DNA of 64,000 bases from the NCBI GenBank assembly GCA_964442455.1, contig CAYTZB010000001.1, forward strand, positions 21,910-85,909. Direction: 5' to 3'. The notes beneath the pieces were generated by a model that saw only the letters and a list, made by a program, of their open reading frames with translations, was not told where the DNA came from and made no database searches. Shown piece by piece: positions 1-10,701 of this stretch. This stretch comes from an uncultured Gammaproteobacteria bacterium. GTDB lineage: Bacteria; Patescibacteriota; Microgenomatia; UBA8517; JACQJR01. The position numbers were made by a program, and so were the translations under genes. Numbering within the stretch: the first letter of the stretch is position 1; each line of letters begins with the position of its first letter.

Positions 1-1
1 T

Positions 2-358
2 GTTGGAAGTCGCTATGTTAAAGGAGGCGGAATGGCTAATAAAACAAGAGAAATATTAAGTTACCTCTTTAATATACTTGTACGAATAATAATTGGTAGT
101 CCAGTGCGTGACAACTTGAGCGGTTTTTTTGCTATTAGGCGGTCAGAGCTTGATAAACTTCCTTTAGACAAAATTTTTTTTGGGTATGGGGATTATTTCA
201 TAAGACTGATATATTTAGCTAAAAAACAAGGAAATACTTTTGCGGAACTCCCTTCTTTTTATAAGGATAGAGAATATGGGGCAAGCAAATCTCAATTCCT
301 AAAGATGTTTATTGATTATTTTCAATCTACACTTAACGTCCGATTTGGTGAGGTTTAA
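2..358 (+). CDS. GT2 polyprenol-phosphate glycosyltransferase (DPM-synthase-like), 3' part; 5' end lies outside the window
   Basis: Frame is open from the window start (VGSRYVKGGG...); carries D-NLSGFFAIRR and E-P-F-R-YG-SK motifs typical of DPM1-like GT2. Confidence 0.8.
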   Translation, partial: VGSRYVKGGGMANKTREILSYLFNILVRIIIGSPVRDNLSGFFAIRRSELDKLPLDKIFFGYGDYFIRLIYLAKKQGNTFAELPSFYKDREYGASKSQFLKMFIDYFQSTLNVRFGEV

Positions 359-361
359 TTA

Positions 362-370
362 TGATATACT
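362..370 (+). promoter_or_regulatory. Extended -10 (TGaTATACT) 6 nt before GTG start; probably leaderless
   Basis: atgatatacttcttttGTG; no Shine-Dalgarno. Confidence 0.4.
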
Positions 371-376
371 TCTTTT

Positions 377-958
377 GTGGTTATTCCCCTTAATGTAAAA
401 CATTCGATAGAAATTACTAAGATTCATGAGAAAGCACTATATGGAGATTTTCTGCCTTCTTTAGGACAATCCTTTCTTCAAACATTTTATGAGGGTGTTA
501 TTGGCAAACCAGGGGTTTATGGATTTGCAACAGCCGAAAACGGGGGAATTAGAGGTTTTGTGGTTGGAACAAAAGATTCAAATAAATTTTTTTCTCTAGC
601 TCTTCACTCAAACCTTATAAAACTTGCTTTTCTGATTTTTGTGCAGCTTATTAAGAAGCCATTACTTATAAAAAATGTTGCTGAAACTTTCCTTTACCCC
701 AAAAAGGATATTGGGCCCAAAGCAGAGCTTGTTGTTATTGCAGTTGATGGGAATTATCAAGGGAAGGGTGTTGGAAAGCAGCTCGTTCGCGCTCTTGAGA
801 GGGCGTTTAAAAAAGATGGCATTCGTCGTTACAAAGTTACTGTGCATGCCGATAAAAGGGCGGTTGGGTTTTACGAACACCTTGGCTACTCTCGTACCTC
901 GAGCTTCGGACTTTATGGTAAAATATGGTTTGTCTATGCGAAAAAAATCTCCTCCTGA
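377..958 (+). CDS. GNAT family N-acetyltransferase
   Basis: IAVDGNYQGKGVGKQLV acetyl-CoA motif A and AVGFYEHLGY motif B. Confidence 0.85.
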   Translation: MVIPLNVKHSIEITKIHEKALYGDFLPSLGQSFLQTFYEGVIGKPGVYGFATAENGGIRGFVVGTKDSNKFFSLALHSNLIKLAFLIFVQLIKKPLLIKNVAETFLYPKKDIGPKAELVVIAVDGNYQGKGVGKQLVRALERAFKKDGIRRYKVTVHADKRAVGFYEHLGYSRTSSFGLYGKIWFVYAKKISS

Positions 959-1727
959 TTATCTTACCCCGCTTCTTATAAAGGCTCCGGCGGCATGGGC
1001 TTTAATCCGTGCTAACGAGATACGAGCATTAGATAAAATAAATTTTGAATCGCCGGTTTTGGATGTAGGATGCGGCGATGGTTTAGTTGCCAAGGTTTTG
1101 CTGTCAAAAAGGAAAACAACGTTTGATTGGGGGATAGATATTTCTGAAAGAGAGGTACAAAAGGCAAAAAAGCTGAAGGTTTATAAAAATTGTAAAGTTG
1201 CCGACGTCTATTCATTGCCATTTGGAGATGAAACTTTCTCAACAGTTTTTTCTAATTCGGTAATTGAGCATATTCCCAATTTGGATAGAGCACTTTCTGA
1301 GATGTCCCGAGTTCTGAAGAGAAATGGACAACTAGTTATTACTGTTCCCTCACCCTATTTAGCTAAATATCTTGTTGGAACAAGAATGTTAGGTAACTGG
1401 TATGGTTTGTTTTTTAACAAACTCTTCAAGCACTACAATTTATATAATCATAAGCAATGGGCAAAAATTTTTAAGAAATACTCCTTAAAATTGGTTTTTT
1501 ATCACTACTATCATACGCCAGAAATGATTAGAGCTCATGAGTTGTTGTCCTATTTATCTCTTCCTGTTCACCTTGCAAAACCGTTTTTGGGGTACTGGCC
1601 TGTTTTCCCAAAAATGCGAAAAGTTTTTATTGTTCCTTGGTTAAGAAAAATACTTTATAGATTCTATCTTGATGATACAAAAATGGATAAAGGGGGATCT
1701 TTACTTCTTGTTGCTAAAAAATTCTAA
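936..1727 (+). CDS. Class I SAM-dependent methyltransferase
   Basis: VLDVGCGDG, FSNSVIEHI, RVLKRNGQL. Start moved from 675 to ATG 936 (MRKKSPPDYL) because the upstream extension overlaps the GNAT gene. Confidence 0.85.
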   Translation: MRKKSPPDYLTPLLIKAPAAWALIRANEIRALDKINFESPVLDVGCGDGLVAKVLLSKRKTTFDWGIDISEREVQKAKKLKVYKNCKVADVYSLPFGDETFSTVFSNSVIEHIPNLDRALSEMSRVLKRNGQLVITVPSPYLAKYLVGTRMLGNWYGLFFNKLFKHYNLYNHKQWAKIFKKYSLKLVFYHYYHTPEMIRAHELLSYLSLPVHLAKPFLGYWPVFPKMRKVFIVPWLRKILYRFYLDDTKMDKGGSLLLVAKKF

Positions 1728-4339
1728 TGAAAGCTTTAAAAAAGTTTTTCAAAAATAACCTTTTCGTAATTTTTCTAATTTTTATCCTTACTTCTATCGC
1801 ATATGGGCAAACTCTTAAGATGTATTTTCTTATAGATGACAACGCATTAATTTATAAGCTTCAGCATATTAATGAGTACACAGGTTTTTGGGGAAAAGGG
1901 ATAATTGGAGAGGGTCCATATAGACACATTGTCGATCAATTTGTTCTCTTCTATCCCATTTTTGGCGTTAACACTGCTCCATACTTTATGGTAGGGGTAT
2001 TACTTTATTTTTTCGCAGGATTGGCATTATATATTTTTGTTAATTTTCTTACTAGAAATAAACTTATTGCTCTTGGTGCTTCTGCTATTTTTGCATCTGG
2101 GTATGTTGGTTCAGAAAGTATGTTTGGAATCGTAAATTCTTGGCAAACAACACGCGGAATTATTATGGCTCTTGTAACGTTTTTTCTATTTTATCATTAC
2201 ATAAAATCGAAAAATATAATTTTTTATTTACTTTCAGTAACTCTTTTCTTTTTCTCGCTTGACACAGTTTATATTCGCGCTCATGGATTAGTTTTCGCAA
2301 TTTTGTTTTTTGATATTCTGTTCTGGCCTGTTTTGCTCAAGGTGAGCTCCATAGTGCAATTTATTGTTAGGCAAACCCCTTTTTTGTTAATTCATTATTA
2401 TGTCTATTTTAGAGCCACCGCTTATGTTAAAAGTCTGGGAATCTTTGACTTTTTACACGATATTTTTGTTGATGGAAACTTCCTGATAGCTACAATACCA
2501 CTGCAAAATTTAGGGAATTTATTTATCCCAGATATGCTTACCTCTTATGTAAATAAAATAATCTCTGACTCTGTTGTTTTGCCAAATGAATTATCAATTG
2601 GATCAATTTTGGCAGGAATTTTTATTCTATTTTTATCCATTTACATTTTGTCAAGAAGTTACAAAAGTGAAAGATTTTTAAATAAAGTTTTAATATTTAG
2701 TCTCATTTTCTCTGTTGCAAATTTTATGGTTTTCTGGGCAAGAGAGACAAATCATACTCTTTGGACTACACATAGATATTTCCTTTATTCTTTTGTAGGG
2801 GTTTCTTTATTTTGGGCAACTGCTTTTTACCTAATATCAAAAAATTTAAGATTCAAAAATGCCCTGAAAGTTTTAACATTTACAGTTATTATCGTTTATT
2901 TATTTTTAGGCATAAATTATCAGAAAGAGTTTAACGAGCGCCGCAGTTTCCCCGCCCAAAAGTTTTTTTCAAGCTTTAAAAAATCGATGCCCAGTATTCC
3001 AAAAGAAGCAGTTATTTATTTTAATTTGATGAACGATAGGCGTATTCAAGGTGAATTTGGTAGCTTTTTTGGGGGAATGTTTTCAGAAGCAGGAAATCTT
3101 GCAATCCTTGGAGACGTTGATGATTACACAAGCGATTTTCTCGTCACATACGATATTAATGAAGTTAAAAGGTTTTTAGGCGAAGGCAAGACTAGTCTTG
3201 ATAAAGTTTTTACTTTTTACTACGGAGATGAAGGTTTAATTGATACCAGTCAAATTACGCGTGAGCTTTTGATAACCAGTAAGGAAATAACGTTAGATAC
3301 CCAACAGTTTTCTTCAAGTACATCCTTTAGAACTTCCGGTGGGGTTTTTACAACCAGCACACACTTTGAGGAATCAGGTGAATTTACAACAGGAGAAAAT
3401 CCCGTCGTGACAATTTCTGTTCCTGATAATACTCCTTCACTTGTTCCATCGGTTTTATCTTTTTCTATGAGTGTTAGTCCCAATATCACTCCATTACCAT
3501 ACCAAACAAAAGGTCAAAGTTTCGACATTGATAGCAAAGAGAAAAATAAAATTTTTTCTTATCTTTTATCACAAAATAATTTTCGCAAAACAGCAGTTGG
3601 TACTTCAGCCTCTTTTTGGAAAGAGCAAGAAGCTAAATTAGCGCTGGATGGGAGGCTTGAAACGGCATGGCGTGGACATAGGGGTTATTGGGATGACATT
3701 GATAGAAATATAACCCGCAACATTGAATATTTTCAGGTTGATTTAAGGCACATAGCAACTGTTGGACAAATAATGTGGGTTTCTGCCCAGCGCCCGCTTG
3801 TCCCGACCCATTATAAAATTTTAACGTCAACTGATGGTAAAGAGTGGCAGTTGGTGAAAGAGGTAACGGGCGGAAATGTGTTGCCCGAGGGAACAGTGAT
3901 CTTTGACTCTTTCAAACCAACACCCGCTCGATATTTGAAAATGGAGATACTCGCAACTTATGGCAATGACGGACCTGAAATAAAAGAGTTTGAAGTGCTT
4001 GAAAGCCGCTTTGCAGAATTAGACAGAAAAGTTGTTGAAAAAGTAAGGCAAGCTCCGTTTGCAGAGATAGAAACATTAAGCGATTTTAATAATGCTTGGG
4101 CATTCGTTCAACAAAATGCAAGTTTGCGGTTTTATTATCAGTCGAGCGCCGATGGCAAACAGGACGAGACAAGATATGTAGATATCCCTGTCGTTATTGA
4201 CGGTAAATTGCATCAGTACTCAATAGACCTTCCGGCAACAGGGATTAACTGGACACAATTTACAATTGGCGGCTTTAACTTTCCGGCAGAAATTAAAATT
4301 AGTTCACCAAGTATTATCTACAAAACTATACAGAAGTGA
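1727..4339 (+). CDS. GT-C-like membrane glycosyltransferase with C-terminal discoidin (F5/8 type C) domain
   Basis: About 10 hydrophobic segments, DD after TM1 (LIDDNALI); C-terminal ALDGRLETAW...YFQVDL...STDGKEW...PARYLKM...EIKEFEV. Confidence 0.75.
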   Translation: MKALKKFFKNNLFVIFLIFILTSIAYGQTLKMYFLIDDNALIYKLQHINEYTGFWGKGIIGEGPYRHIVDQFVLFYPIFGVNTAPYFMVGVLLYFFAGLALYIFVNFLTRNKLIALGASAIFASGYVGSESMFGIVNSWQTTRGIIMALVTFFLFYHYIKSKNIIFYLLSVTLFFFSLDTVYIRAHGLVFAILFFDILFWPVLLKVSSIVQFIVRQTPFLLIHYYVYFRATAYVKSLGIFDFLHDIFVDGNFLIATIPLQNLGNLFIPDMLTSYVNKIISDSVVLPNELSIGSILAGIFILFLSIYILSRSYKSERFLNKVLIFSLIFSVANFMVFWARETNHTLWTTHRYFLYSFVGVSLFWATAFYLISKNLRFKNALKVLTFTVIIVYLFLGINYQKEFNERRSFPAQKFFSSFKKSMPSIPKEAVIYFNLMNDRRIQGEFGSFFGGMFSEAGNLAILGDVDDYTSDFLVTYDINEVKRFLGEGKTSLDKVFTFYYGDEGLIDTSQITRELLITSKEITLDTQQFSSSTSFRTSGGVFTTSTHFEESGEFTTGENPVVTISVPDNTPSLVPSVLSFSMSVSPNITPLPYQTKGQSFDIDSKEKNKIFSYLLSQNNFRKTAVGTSASFWKEQEAKLALDGRLETAWRGHRGYWDDIDRNITRNIEYFQVDLRHIATVGQIMWVSAQRPLVPTHYKILTSTDGKEWQLVKEVTGGNVLPEGTVIFDSFKPTPARYLKMEILATYGNDGPEIKEFEVLESRFAELDRKVVEKVRQAPFAEIETLSDFNNAWAFVQQNASLRFYYQSSADGKQDETRYVDIPVVIDGKLHQYSIDLPATGINWTQFTIGGFNFPAEIKISSPSIIYKTIQK

Positions 4340-6966
4340 AGAAACGTACTATCTCTTTAAGTTTGACAATCCTGGCTTTAATAATAGCCCTTAGCTTTGG
4401 TCAGGCAATCCAGTTTACTCTTTGGCAGGATGATAATGCTTTAATTTTTAAGCTTCAACATTTAGAAGAACAAGCTGGTGTCTTTGGGCCTGGACCAGCT
4501 GGACTTGGTGCGTATCGCTACGTTGTACTCCCATACATTCCAATTTATAAAGTTTTTGGAATGAACATACCTAATTTTTATTTGTATACACTTTTCTTTT
4601 ACTTTCTCGCCGCAGCATCGGTTTTTTTGTTAACGAAATATTTAACGAAAAATAATATTGTTGCTTTGTTGTCGTGCGCAATTTTTTCTGCCGGATTTAT
4701 CGGCTCTGAAGGGATACTTAGACTTTTTAACGGTGTTCAAACAAGCTACAGCGTTTTTTTCGTGAGTTCATTCTTCTTGTTACTTTACCGGTTTATTAAG
4801 ACAAAGCACGCTATTTATTATTTCTTAGGATTATTGTTTTACTTTATTGCTCTGGAAACAGCTTTTATTCGTACGCAATATTTAATTTTACCGACCGTAA
4901 TTTTTTTTATTTTGTTTCTGGATTGGGGGAAACGGCCCTTTATTTCTTTAGAAACAAACTTGTTTATTCTAAAAAATATATTTTTAGTTGTACCCTTTTT
5001 ATTTATTTATCGTTTTGTTTTTTTGCGTAGCTCCGATGCAAGGGCCGATTTGGTTAAGGATTATGTTATGGGCATACTAAATGGAAATTTAGACTACACT
5101 CATAGTTTTTTTGGGACATTGGGAAGTATTATTTTACCTGATCCTATTACAAACTTCTTGTTTGATGCTATTGGTAATCTCAGCTTAGATTACACAAATC
5201 GCTTGTTGATGTTGGAGCTTTTATTCTTGGGGATAAGCTTTATTATTATTAATTTTGTTTTTAAAAATATCCCCAAGATTACTCGTGTCCTAATCTTTTT
5301 TCCTTTGGTAATTTGGTTTGTCTTAGGAATGATTTACTTTCAAAACTCGGAGAAGATATTTGTCCATTCGGAAATTGTAGATACCCTTGGAGTTTTTGCG
5401 AATTTTGTTGGAGGACTGTTTATTATTATTTCAACCTCTATTTTGATAACAGCATTCAAGAAAACCGCGACCCGTAATGAACAAGTGGGAAAACTTTCTT
5501 TATTCCTTTTATCATGGCTTTTAGCAAATATACTGGCATATTCAATTTATCTACCGTTTTCTCCTCTTGAAAGTATAAATCGTTATCTTGTCCACTCCTT
5601 AGCAGCTTACGCAATATTTATCCCATTGTTTTTATATTATGCTTGGGGAAGAAGAGTTACTATTGTTCTCTCAAGTTTTATTGTTTTGACAAATATTTTT
5701 TGGTCTTTAGATTACCAACAAAGATTCATAGTTGAGAGGACGGTTCCTACACGTATTTTTTATCAAGATTTAAGGAAATTTATTCCAGAATTGTCAAAGG
5801 GTGCAGTTGTTTATTTTGATGTTGCAAATGATAAAGTTTCCGAGCAGCAATTTCGCGATTTTTTTTCAGTTGGCTCTATGCCCGACGAAACTGCAATAGC
5901 TATAAGGTATGGTATTGATAGATATGATTTCAAAATAACTAAAGATTTTAATGAATTCCTTTCCCTTATTCAAGATAAATCTTTAGATCTTACTTTTTCA
6001 TTTTTTTACGATTCCACTGGTTTAAAAAATACAACCAAAATAATGAGAGTGAATTTAGTTGGCAAAGAAGTCGAAATTGACAGTAAAAATTTAAGCAATT
6101 TATCTTTAGTGACACCAGGTATATTGGAATTTAGTGCTAAAGTCATTCCAAAGATTAGTATTAAACAAAACTGCCCAAATTTTCCCGGGGACAGAGTAAA
6201 TCTTTTTAACTACCTTTTGGCTCGTGATAATTTTTATAAAAATGTTAAGGTTCAAACAAGCTCCCAGGAGAAATATCAGGCAAATGATTTTTTGAAAGAT
6301 GGTAAGTTTAATACATTATGGAGAGGTAGTAGAGGATGGTGGCATGAGAATAAGAAAGAAATAGTGACAGTTGATTTAGGAAGTCCAAAAAAAATTAATC
6401 AATTAGTCTGGATTAATGGCTATGCAAATTCTACACCCACAAAATATAAGATAGAAGTATCATTAAATGGAGAGAACTGGGATGTAGTAAGGAGAGTAGA
6501 TTCTGGTGCCAGGAAGGAAAACACAGGCCTAGTTACAGATAATTTCGAAACTTTCAAAGCCCGTTACATTAGACTAATAATAGAGGAAACTTTTGACAAT
6601 GACGCTCCTGCAATTGGTGAAATTGAGGTTGTCGAGGAAGACTTTGAAGGTATTAATAAAGAGAAAATAGAGAAACTAAAAGAAATTGCTCTTTGTGCAA
6701 ATAATCTGGAGTCTTTAAATAGTGTTAATCAGTTCATAAATAAAATTGGCATAGAAGGAGTAGTTTCCTGGAAGACAGACAAGAGTAACGACAATGTTGT
6801 TAGATTAAGTCTCCAAGCAGATGGTCTTTATCATAGCTACAAAGTTTTTTTGCCAGCAGGGGGTACTAAACTAAACGATTTAGTAATTGAACCTTGGGTA
6901 GTACCAGTGGACATTTCTGTAATTGGTTTAAAACTTATCTATCCAAATAATCTGAAAACAGATTGA
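4336..6966 (+). CDS. GT-C-like membrane glycosyltransferase with discoidin domain; paralog of 1727-4339
   Basis: WQDDNALIFKLQH; LKDGKFNTLW...VTVDLG...SLNGENW...KARYIRL...IGEIEV; GTGA overlap with upstream gene. Confidence 0.75.
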   Translation: MKKRTISLSLTILALIIALSFGQAIQFTLWQDDNALIFKLQHLEEQAGVFGPGPAGLGAYRYVVLPYIPIYKVFGMNIPNFYLYTLFFYFLAAASVFLLTKYLTKNNIVALLSCAIFSAGFIGSEGILRLFNGVQTSYSVFFVSSFFLLLYRFIKTKHAIYYFLGLLFYFIALETAFIRTQYLILPTVIFFILFLDWGKRPFISLETNLFILKNIFLVVPFLFIYRFVFLRSSDARADLVKDYVMGILNGNLDYTHSFFGTLGSIILPDPITNFLFDAIGNLSLDYTNRLLMLELLFLGISFIIINFVFKNIPKITRVLIFFPLVIWFVLGMIYFQNSEKIFVHSEIVDTLGVFANFVGGLFIIISTSILITAFKKTATRNEQVGKLSLFLLSWLLANILAYSIYLPFSPLESINRYLVHSLAAYAIFIPLFLYYAWGRRVTIVLSSFIVLTNIFWSLDYQQRFIVERTVPTRIFYQDLRKFIPELSKGAVVYFDVANDKVSEQQFRDFFSVGSMPDETAIAIRYGIDRYDFKITKDFNEFLSLIQDKSLDLTFSFFYDSTGLKNTTKIMRVNLVGKEVEIDSKNLSNLSLVTPGILEFSAKVIPKISIKQNCPNFPGDRVNLFNYLLARDNFYKNVKVQTSSQEKYQANDFLKDGKFNTLWRGSRGWWHENKKEIVTVDLGSPKKINQLVWINGYANSTPTKYKIEVSLNGENWDVVRRVDSGARKENTGLVTDNFETFKARYIRLIIEETFDNDAPAIGEIEVVEEDFEGINKEKIEKLKEIALCANNLESLNSVNQFINKIGIEGVVSWKTDKSNDNVVRLSLQADGLYHSYKVFLPAGGTKLNDLVIEPWVVPVDISVIGLKLIYPNNLKTD

Positions 6967-6982
6967 CTAGTGTAGAATGTCT

Positions 6983-6991
6983 TGTTAAACT
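6983..6991 (+). promoter_or_regulatory. Extended -10 (TGtTAAACT) shortly before GTG start; probably leaderless
   Basis: tcttgttaaactcttaacGTG in a 31-bp intergenic gap. Confidence 0.35.
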
Positions 6992-6997
6992 CTTAAC

Positions 6998-7987
6998 GTG
7001 ACTCATGATATAGCAATTGTAGGTTACGGATACTGGGGGCCGAACCTTTTAAGGACCTTTATAAATATTCCAGATTGTACTGTACGTTATTGTTGCGATA
7101 TTGATGAAAAAAATCTGCAAGAAGTCAAGAGAAGATATCCTCATGTTCTGACCACTACTGATTTTAAAGAGATAATTTCTGATAGTAATATTGACGGTGT
7201 AGTTTTGGCAACACCAACGAATTCGCATTTTTTGTTAGCACAGCAGGCGATAAATGCCGGCAAGGATGTTTTGGTTGAAAAGCCAATGTCCACTACTTCC
7301 CAAGAAGCTCGAAAACTTGTTAGCTTGGCCCAAAAAACAAAAAGAATCTTGATGGTTGACTATGTCCTTTTGTTCAGCCCTGCAGTATTAAAAATTAAAG
7401 AATTGATAGACAAGGGAGAAATTGGAGAGATTCTGTACATCGATTCTACACGGACAAATTTAGGTCTTTTTCAAAAAGACAGTAATGTAATTTTTGATTT
7501 AGCATCCCATGAATTTTCAATAGTTCAGTTTATTTTAGGAACAAAACCAACAAAAGTAAGTGCAACTGGTAAATCACATATAAATGATCAGGTAGATGTT
7601 GCTTATATTACAGCAGAGTATCAGAAAAATATTATTGCGCATGTTCATATTAGTTGGCTTTCTCCGGTTAAAGTTAGGAGAATGCTTATTGTCGGAAGCA
7701 AAAAAATGATAGTTTATGATGATAACGAATCATCGGAAAAGATTAAGGTTTATGATAAAGGTATAGTTAGAGAGAAATCTCACAACGAGAATGGGCAAAT
7801 TGAGATAGGTTATAGATTTGGTGATGTCTGGTTGCCCCATATAGAAACAATTGATCCATTGACCTTTATGGCTCAGAGTTTTATTGATGCGGTTTCAAGT
7901 CGCAAAGTAACAAGAAGCGACGGAAAATTCGGCGCGGAAATTGTTGAAATTTTAGAAAGAGCAACTAAATTGCTTAACGCAAAGTAG
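6998..7987 (+). CDS. Gfo/Idh/MocA NAD-dependent sugar oxidoreductase (WlbA/WbpB-like)
   Basis: [10 protein letters not shown] Rossmann motif, ATP..SH, VEKPM, DLASH. Confidence 0.85.
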   Translation: MTHDIAIVGYGYWGPNLLRTFINIPDCTVRYCCDIDEKNLQEVKRRYPHVLTTTDFKEIISDSNIDGVVLATPTNSHFLLAQQAINAGKDVLVEKPMSTTSQEARKLVSLAQKTKRILMVDYVLLFSPAVLKIKELIDKGEIGEILYIDSTRTNLGLFQKDSNVIFDLASHEFSIVQFILGTKPTKVSATGKSHINDQVDVAYITAEYQKNIIAHVHISWLSPVKVRRMLIVGSKKMIVYDDNESSEKIKVYDKGIVREKSHNENGQIEIGYRFGDVWLPHIETIDPLTFMAQSFIDAVSSRKVTRSDGKFGAEIVEILERATKLLNAK

Positions 7988-7994
7988 AACAAAA

Positions 7995-8471
7995 ATGATA
8001 ACAAAGGACGTTAAACTCGGGAAAAACGTAAAGATTTATCATCCAGAACTTGTTAATTTATATGGTTGCAAAATTGGTGCGGGTTGTATTATTGGTTCTT
8101 TTGTGGAAATTGGAAGAAATGTAAGTATAGGCCGCCGAGTTAAAATACAAGCTTTTGTATATATACCTGAAGGAGTAACCATTGAGGATGAAGTTTTTAT
8201 TAGTCCCCATGTATGCTTTACAAACGATAAATATCCAAGATCAACAAATCCTGATGGATCTTTGAAAAATGCCCAAGAGTGGGAAGTTATCCCAACTAGA
8301 GTTTGTAAGGGGGCATCGATTGGGGCTAATAGCACAATTATTTGTGGGGTTACAGTTGGAGAGGGAGCAATTGTCGGTGCAGGAAGTGTAGTGACTCACG
8401 ATGTTTTGCCATGGACCATTGTTGCTGGAAACCCCGCCCGCCTGATCCGTAAAATCAAGATCTCAAAATGA
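7995..8471 (+). CDS. Left-handed beta-helix sugar N-acetyltransferase (WlbB/WbpD-like)
   Basis: Hexapeptide repeats, [25 protein letters not shown]. Confidence 0.85.
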   Translation: MITKDVKLGKNVKIYHPELVNLYGCKIGAGCIIGSFVEIGRNVSIGRRVKIQAFVYIPEGVTIEDEVFISPHVCFTNDKYPRSTNPDGSLKNAQEWEVIPTRVCKGASIGANSTIICGVTVGEGAIVGAGSVVTHDVLPWTIVAGNPARLIRKIKISK

Positions 8472-9571
8472 AAATTCCGCTTGTTGACCTTGTAAGGCAG
8501 TATAAAAATTTAAAGGTCGAAATTGATAGTGTAGTTAAAAAAACATTCTCTAATGGTGATTTTATTCTGGGAGAAAATGTTACCGAGTTTGAAAAGGAGT
8601 TTGCACGCTTTTGTGGAGTTAATTATTGTGTTGGTGTTGCTTCGGGTACAGACGCCTTGCTCTTGTCGCTCCGTGCTTTAGGTATAGGAGCAGGGGACGA
8701 AGTTATTGCTCCCTCTTTTACTTTCATTGCCACAGTCCTGCCAACTATTTATCTTGGAGCAAAACCCGTGCTTGTTGATATTAACCCCGATACCTACCAG
8801 ATAGACGTAAGAAAAATAGAGCAAGTAATTACCAAAATGACAAAGGTGATAATTCCTGTCCACTTATTTGGCATGCCGGCTCCAATGTTGGAAATAAAAA
8901 AAATTGCCAAGAAATATAGACTGTATATTGTTGAAGATGCGTGCCAAGCACATGGAGCCTCTATTAACGGTAAAAAATGCGGTTCATTTGGGGATTTAGC
9001 AGCTTTTTCTTTTTATCCCAGCAAGGCTCTAGGAGCTTCGGGAGATGCCGGTGCTATTGTTACAAATAGTAAAAAGCTTGGAAATAACATTCGAGCGATG
9101 CGTAATGTAGGACAATTTAAAAAGTATAAACATGACATATTGGGTTATAACTCGAGACTTGATACATTGCAAGCCGGAGTTCTTTTGGTAAAGCTTAAGA
9201 AACTAGAAGAATGGAACGCCAAGAGAAAGAGATTATTCCAACTTTATAATAAACTTCTCTCGGGCTTACCAATTATTTTGCCGCCTACAACTGAGGATGG
9301 GTTTTCGCCAAATTATCTTATTTATACAATAAGAGTTAAAAAGAGAGATAAACTTTTAGATTTTCTGGCAAAATCTGGTATTAGCTGTGTAGTTTATTAC
9401 CCAATTCCTATTCATTTACAAAAAGCACTAGCACATTTGGGTTACAAAAAAGGTGATTTTCCAAATGCAGAAAGAGCGGCTCGTGAAGTTTTGTCGCTGC
9501 CTTTATACCCAGAACTCCAAGAAATAGAAATTAGATACGTTTGTAGTCGGATAAAGGAGTTCTTTAAATGA
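8468..9571 (+). CDS. DegT/DnrJ/EryC1/StrS PLP sugar aminotransferase (WlbC/FdtB-like)
   Basis: [30 protein letters not shown] (PLP Lys), [11 protein letters not shown]. Confidence 0.9.
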   Translation: MKIPLVDLVRQYKNLKVEIDSVVKKTFSNGDFILGENVTEFEKEFARFCGVNYCVGVASGTDALLLSLRALGIGAGDEVIAPSFTFIATVLPTIYLGAKPVLVDINPDTYQIDVRKIEQVITKMTKVIIPVHLFGMPAPMLEIKKIAKKYRLYIVEDACQAHGASINGKKCGSFGDLAAFSFYPSKALGASGDAGAIVTNSKKLGNNIRAMRNVGQFKKYKHDILGYNSRLDTLQAGVLLVKLKKLEEWNAKRKRLFQLYNKLLSGLPIILPPTTEDGFSPNYLIYTIRVKKRDKLLDFLAKSGISCVVYYPIPIHLQKALAHLGYKKGDFPNAERAAREVLSLPLYPELQEIEIRYVCSRIKEFFK

Positions 9572-10701
9572 AAATTCCACTTCATAGACCCTATTTTGAC
9601 AGTCTGGAAGAAAGAGCAATAGTTCAAGTTTTGCGCTCTGGTTGGGTAACACAAGGGCCGAAGGTTGAAGAATTTGAAGACGCTGTTTGCAAATACACGG
9701 GTTCTAAATATGCGGTTGCCACAACATCCTGCACAACCGCTCTTTTTATGAGTCTTCATATGTTGGGCATTGGTCGGGGAGATGAAGTAATTGTTCCTTC
9801 TTTAACTTTTATCGCAACTGCAAATGTTGTTGTTCATACCGGCGCAAAGCCCGTTTTTGTTGATATTGACCCGGAGACCTACAATATAAATCCTGGGAAG
9901 ATAAATGAGAAAATAACGAAAAGAACCCGTGCTATCATTCCTGTTGACCAAGTTGGACTTCCTTCTGATTTGGATAAGATTTACCAGTTAGCCAGAAAGC
10001 ATAAATTATTTGTAGTTGAGGATGCCGCTTGTGCTCTTGGAAGTAAATATCACGGAAAAAGAGTTGGTGGTTTTGGCCAGATTTCCTGTGTTAGCTTTCA
10101 TCCTAGAAAAACAATAACTACAGGGGAAGGCGGGATGATTTTAACCAATAACAAAGATTGGGCCGATAAATTGCGCATTTTACGTCATCAAGGGATGTCT
10201 ATTTCGGATGTTACGCGCCACAAAGCAAAGAGCATTATTTTTGAGAAATATCCGGTTGTTGGATATAATTTTCGTATGTCTGATTTGCAAGCCGCAGTTG
10301 GAGTGGAACAAATGAAAAAATTACCTGAAATATTAGAGAGAAGAGCAAATCTTGCTAAGCGATACACAAAAAACTTCTTGGAGACTAAGTTTATAATTCC
10401 CCCATATGTTCCTCCTGGCTATACACATAATTGGCAGTCTTATGTTATTAGAATTCGTAAAAATCGAAAAATCGAGAGAGGCGATCTTATGCAGAAATTA
10501 CTAGATGTAGGTATTGCAACTCGCATTGGCGTTATGGCAGCACACCTTGAAAAACCTTACAGAATGATGTATCCAAAGCTTGTTCTACCTGAAACAGAAA
10601 TAGCGGCAAGAGAAACTATAACAATTCCTCTTTATTTTCAAATGACAGAAAAAGAGCAAGACTATGTGATTGAAAAAATTTTAGGCTTTACGGAGGGTTG
10701 A
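9568..10701 (+). CDS. DegT/DnrJ/EryC1/StrS PLP sugar aminotransferase (second copy)
   Basis: SGWVTQGP, EDAACALGS, SFHPRKTITTGEGG, GYNFRMSDLQAA. Confidence 0.9.
   Translation: MKIPLHRPYFDSLEERAIVQVLRSGWVTQGPKVEEFEDAVCKYTGSKYAVATTSCTTALFMSLHMLGIGRGDEVIVPSLTFIATANVVVHTGAKPVFVDIDPETYNINPGKINEKITKRTRAIIPVDQVGLPSDLDKIYQLARKHKLFVVEDAACALGSKYHGKRVGGFGQISCVSFHPRKTITTGEGGMILTNNKDWADKLRILRHQGMSISDVTRHKAKSIIFEKYPVVGYNFRMSDLQAAVGVEQMKKLPEILERRANLAKRYTKNFLETKFIIPPYVPPGYTHNWQSYVIRIRKNRKIERGDLMQKLLDVGIATRIGVMAAHLEKPYRMMYPKLVLPETEIAARETITIPLYFQMTEKEQDYVIEKILGFTEG

Noticed and set aside
675-935. N-terminal extension of the methyltransferase ORF in the track
   Set aside because: Overlaps the GNAT gene in another frame and has no motifs; ATG 936 is the plausible start. 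No slippery-site evidence for a fusion.
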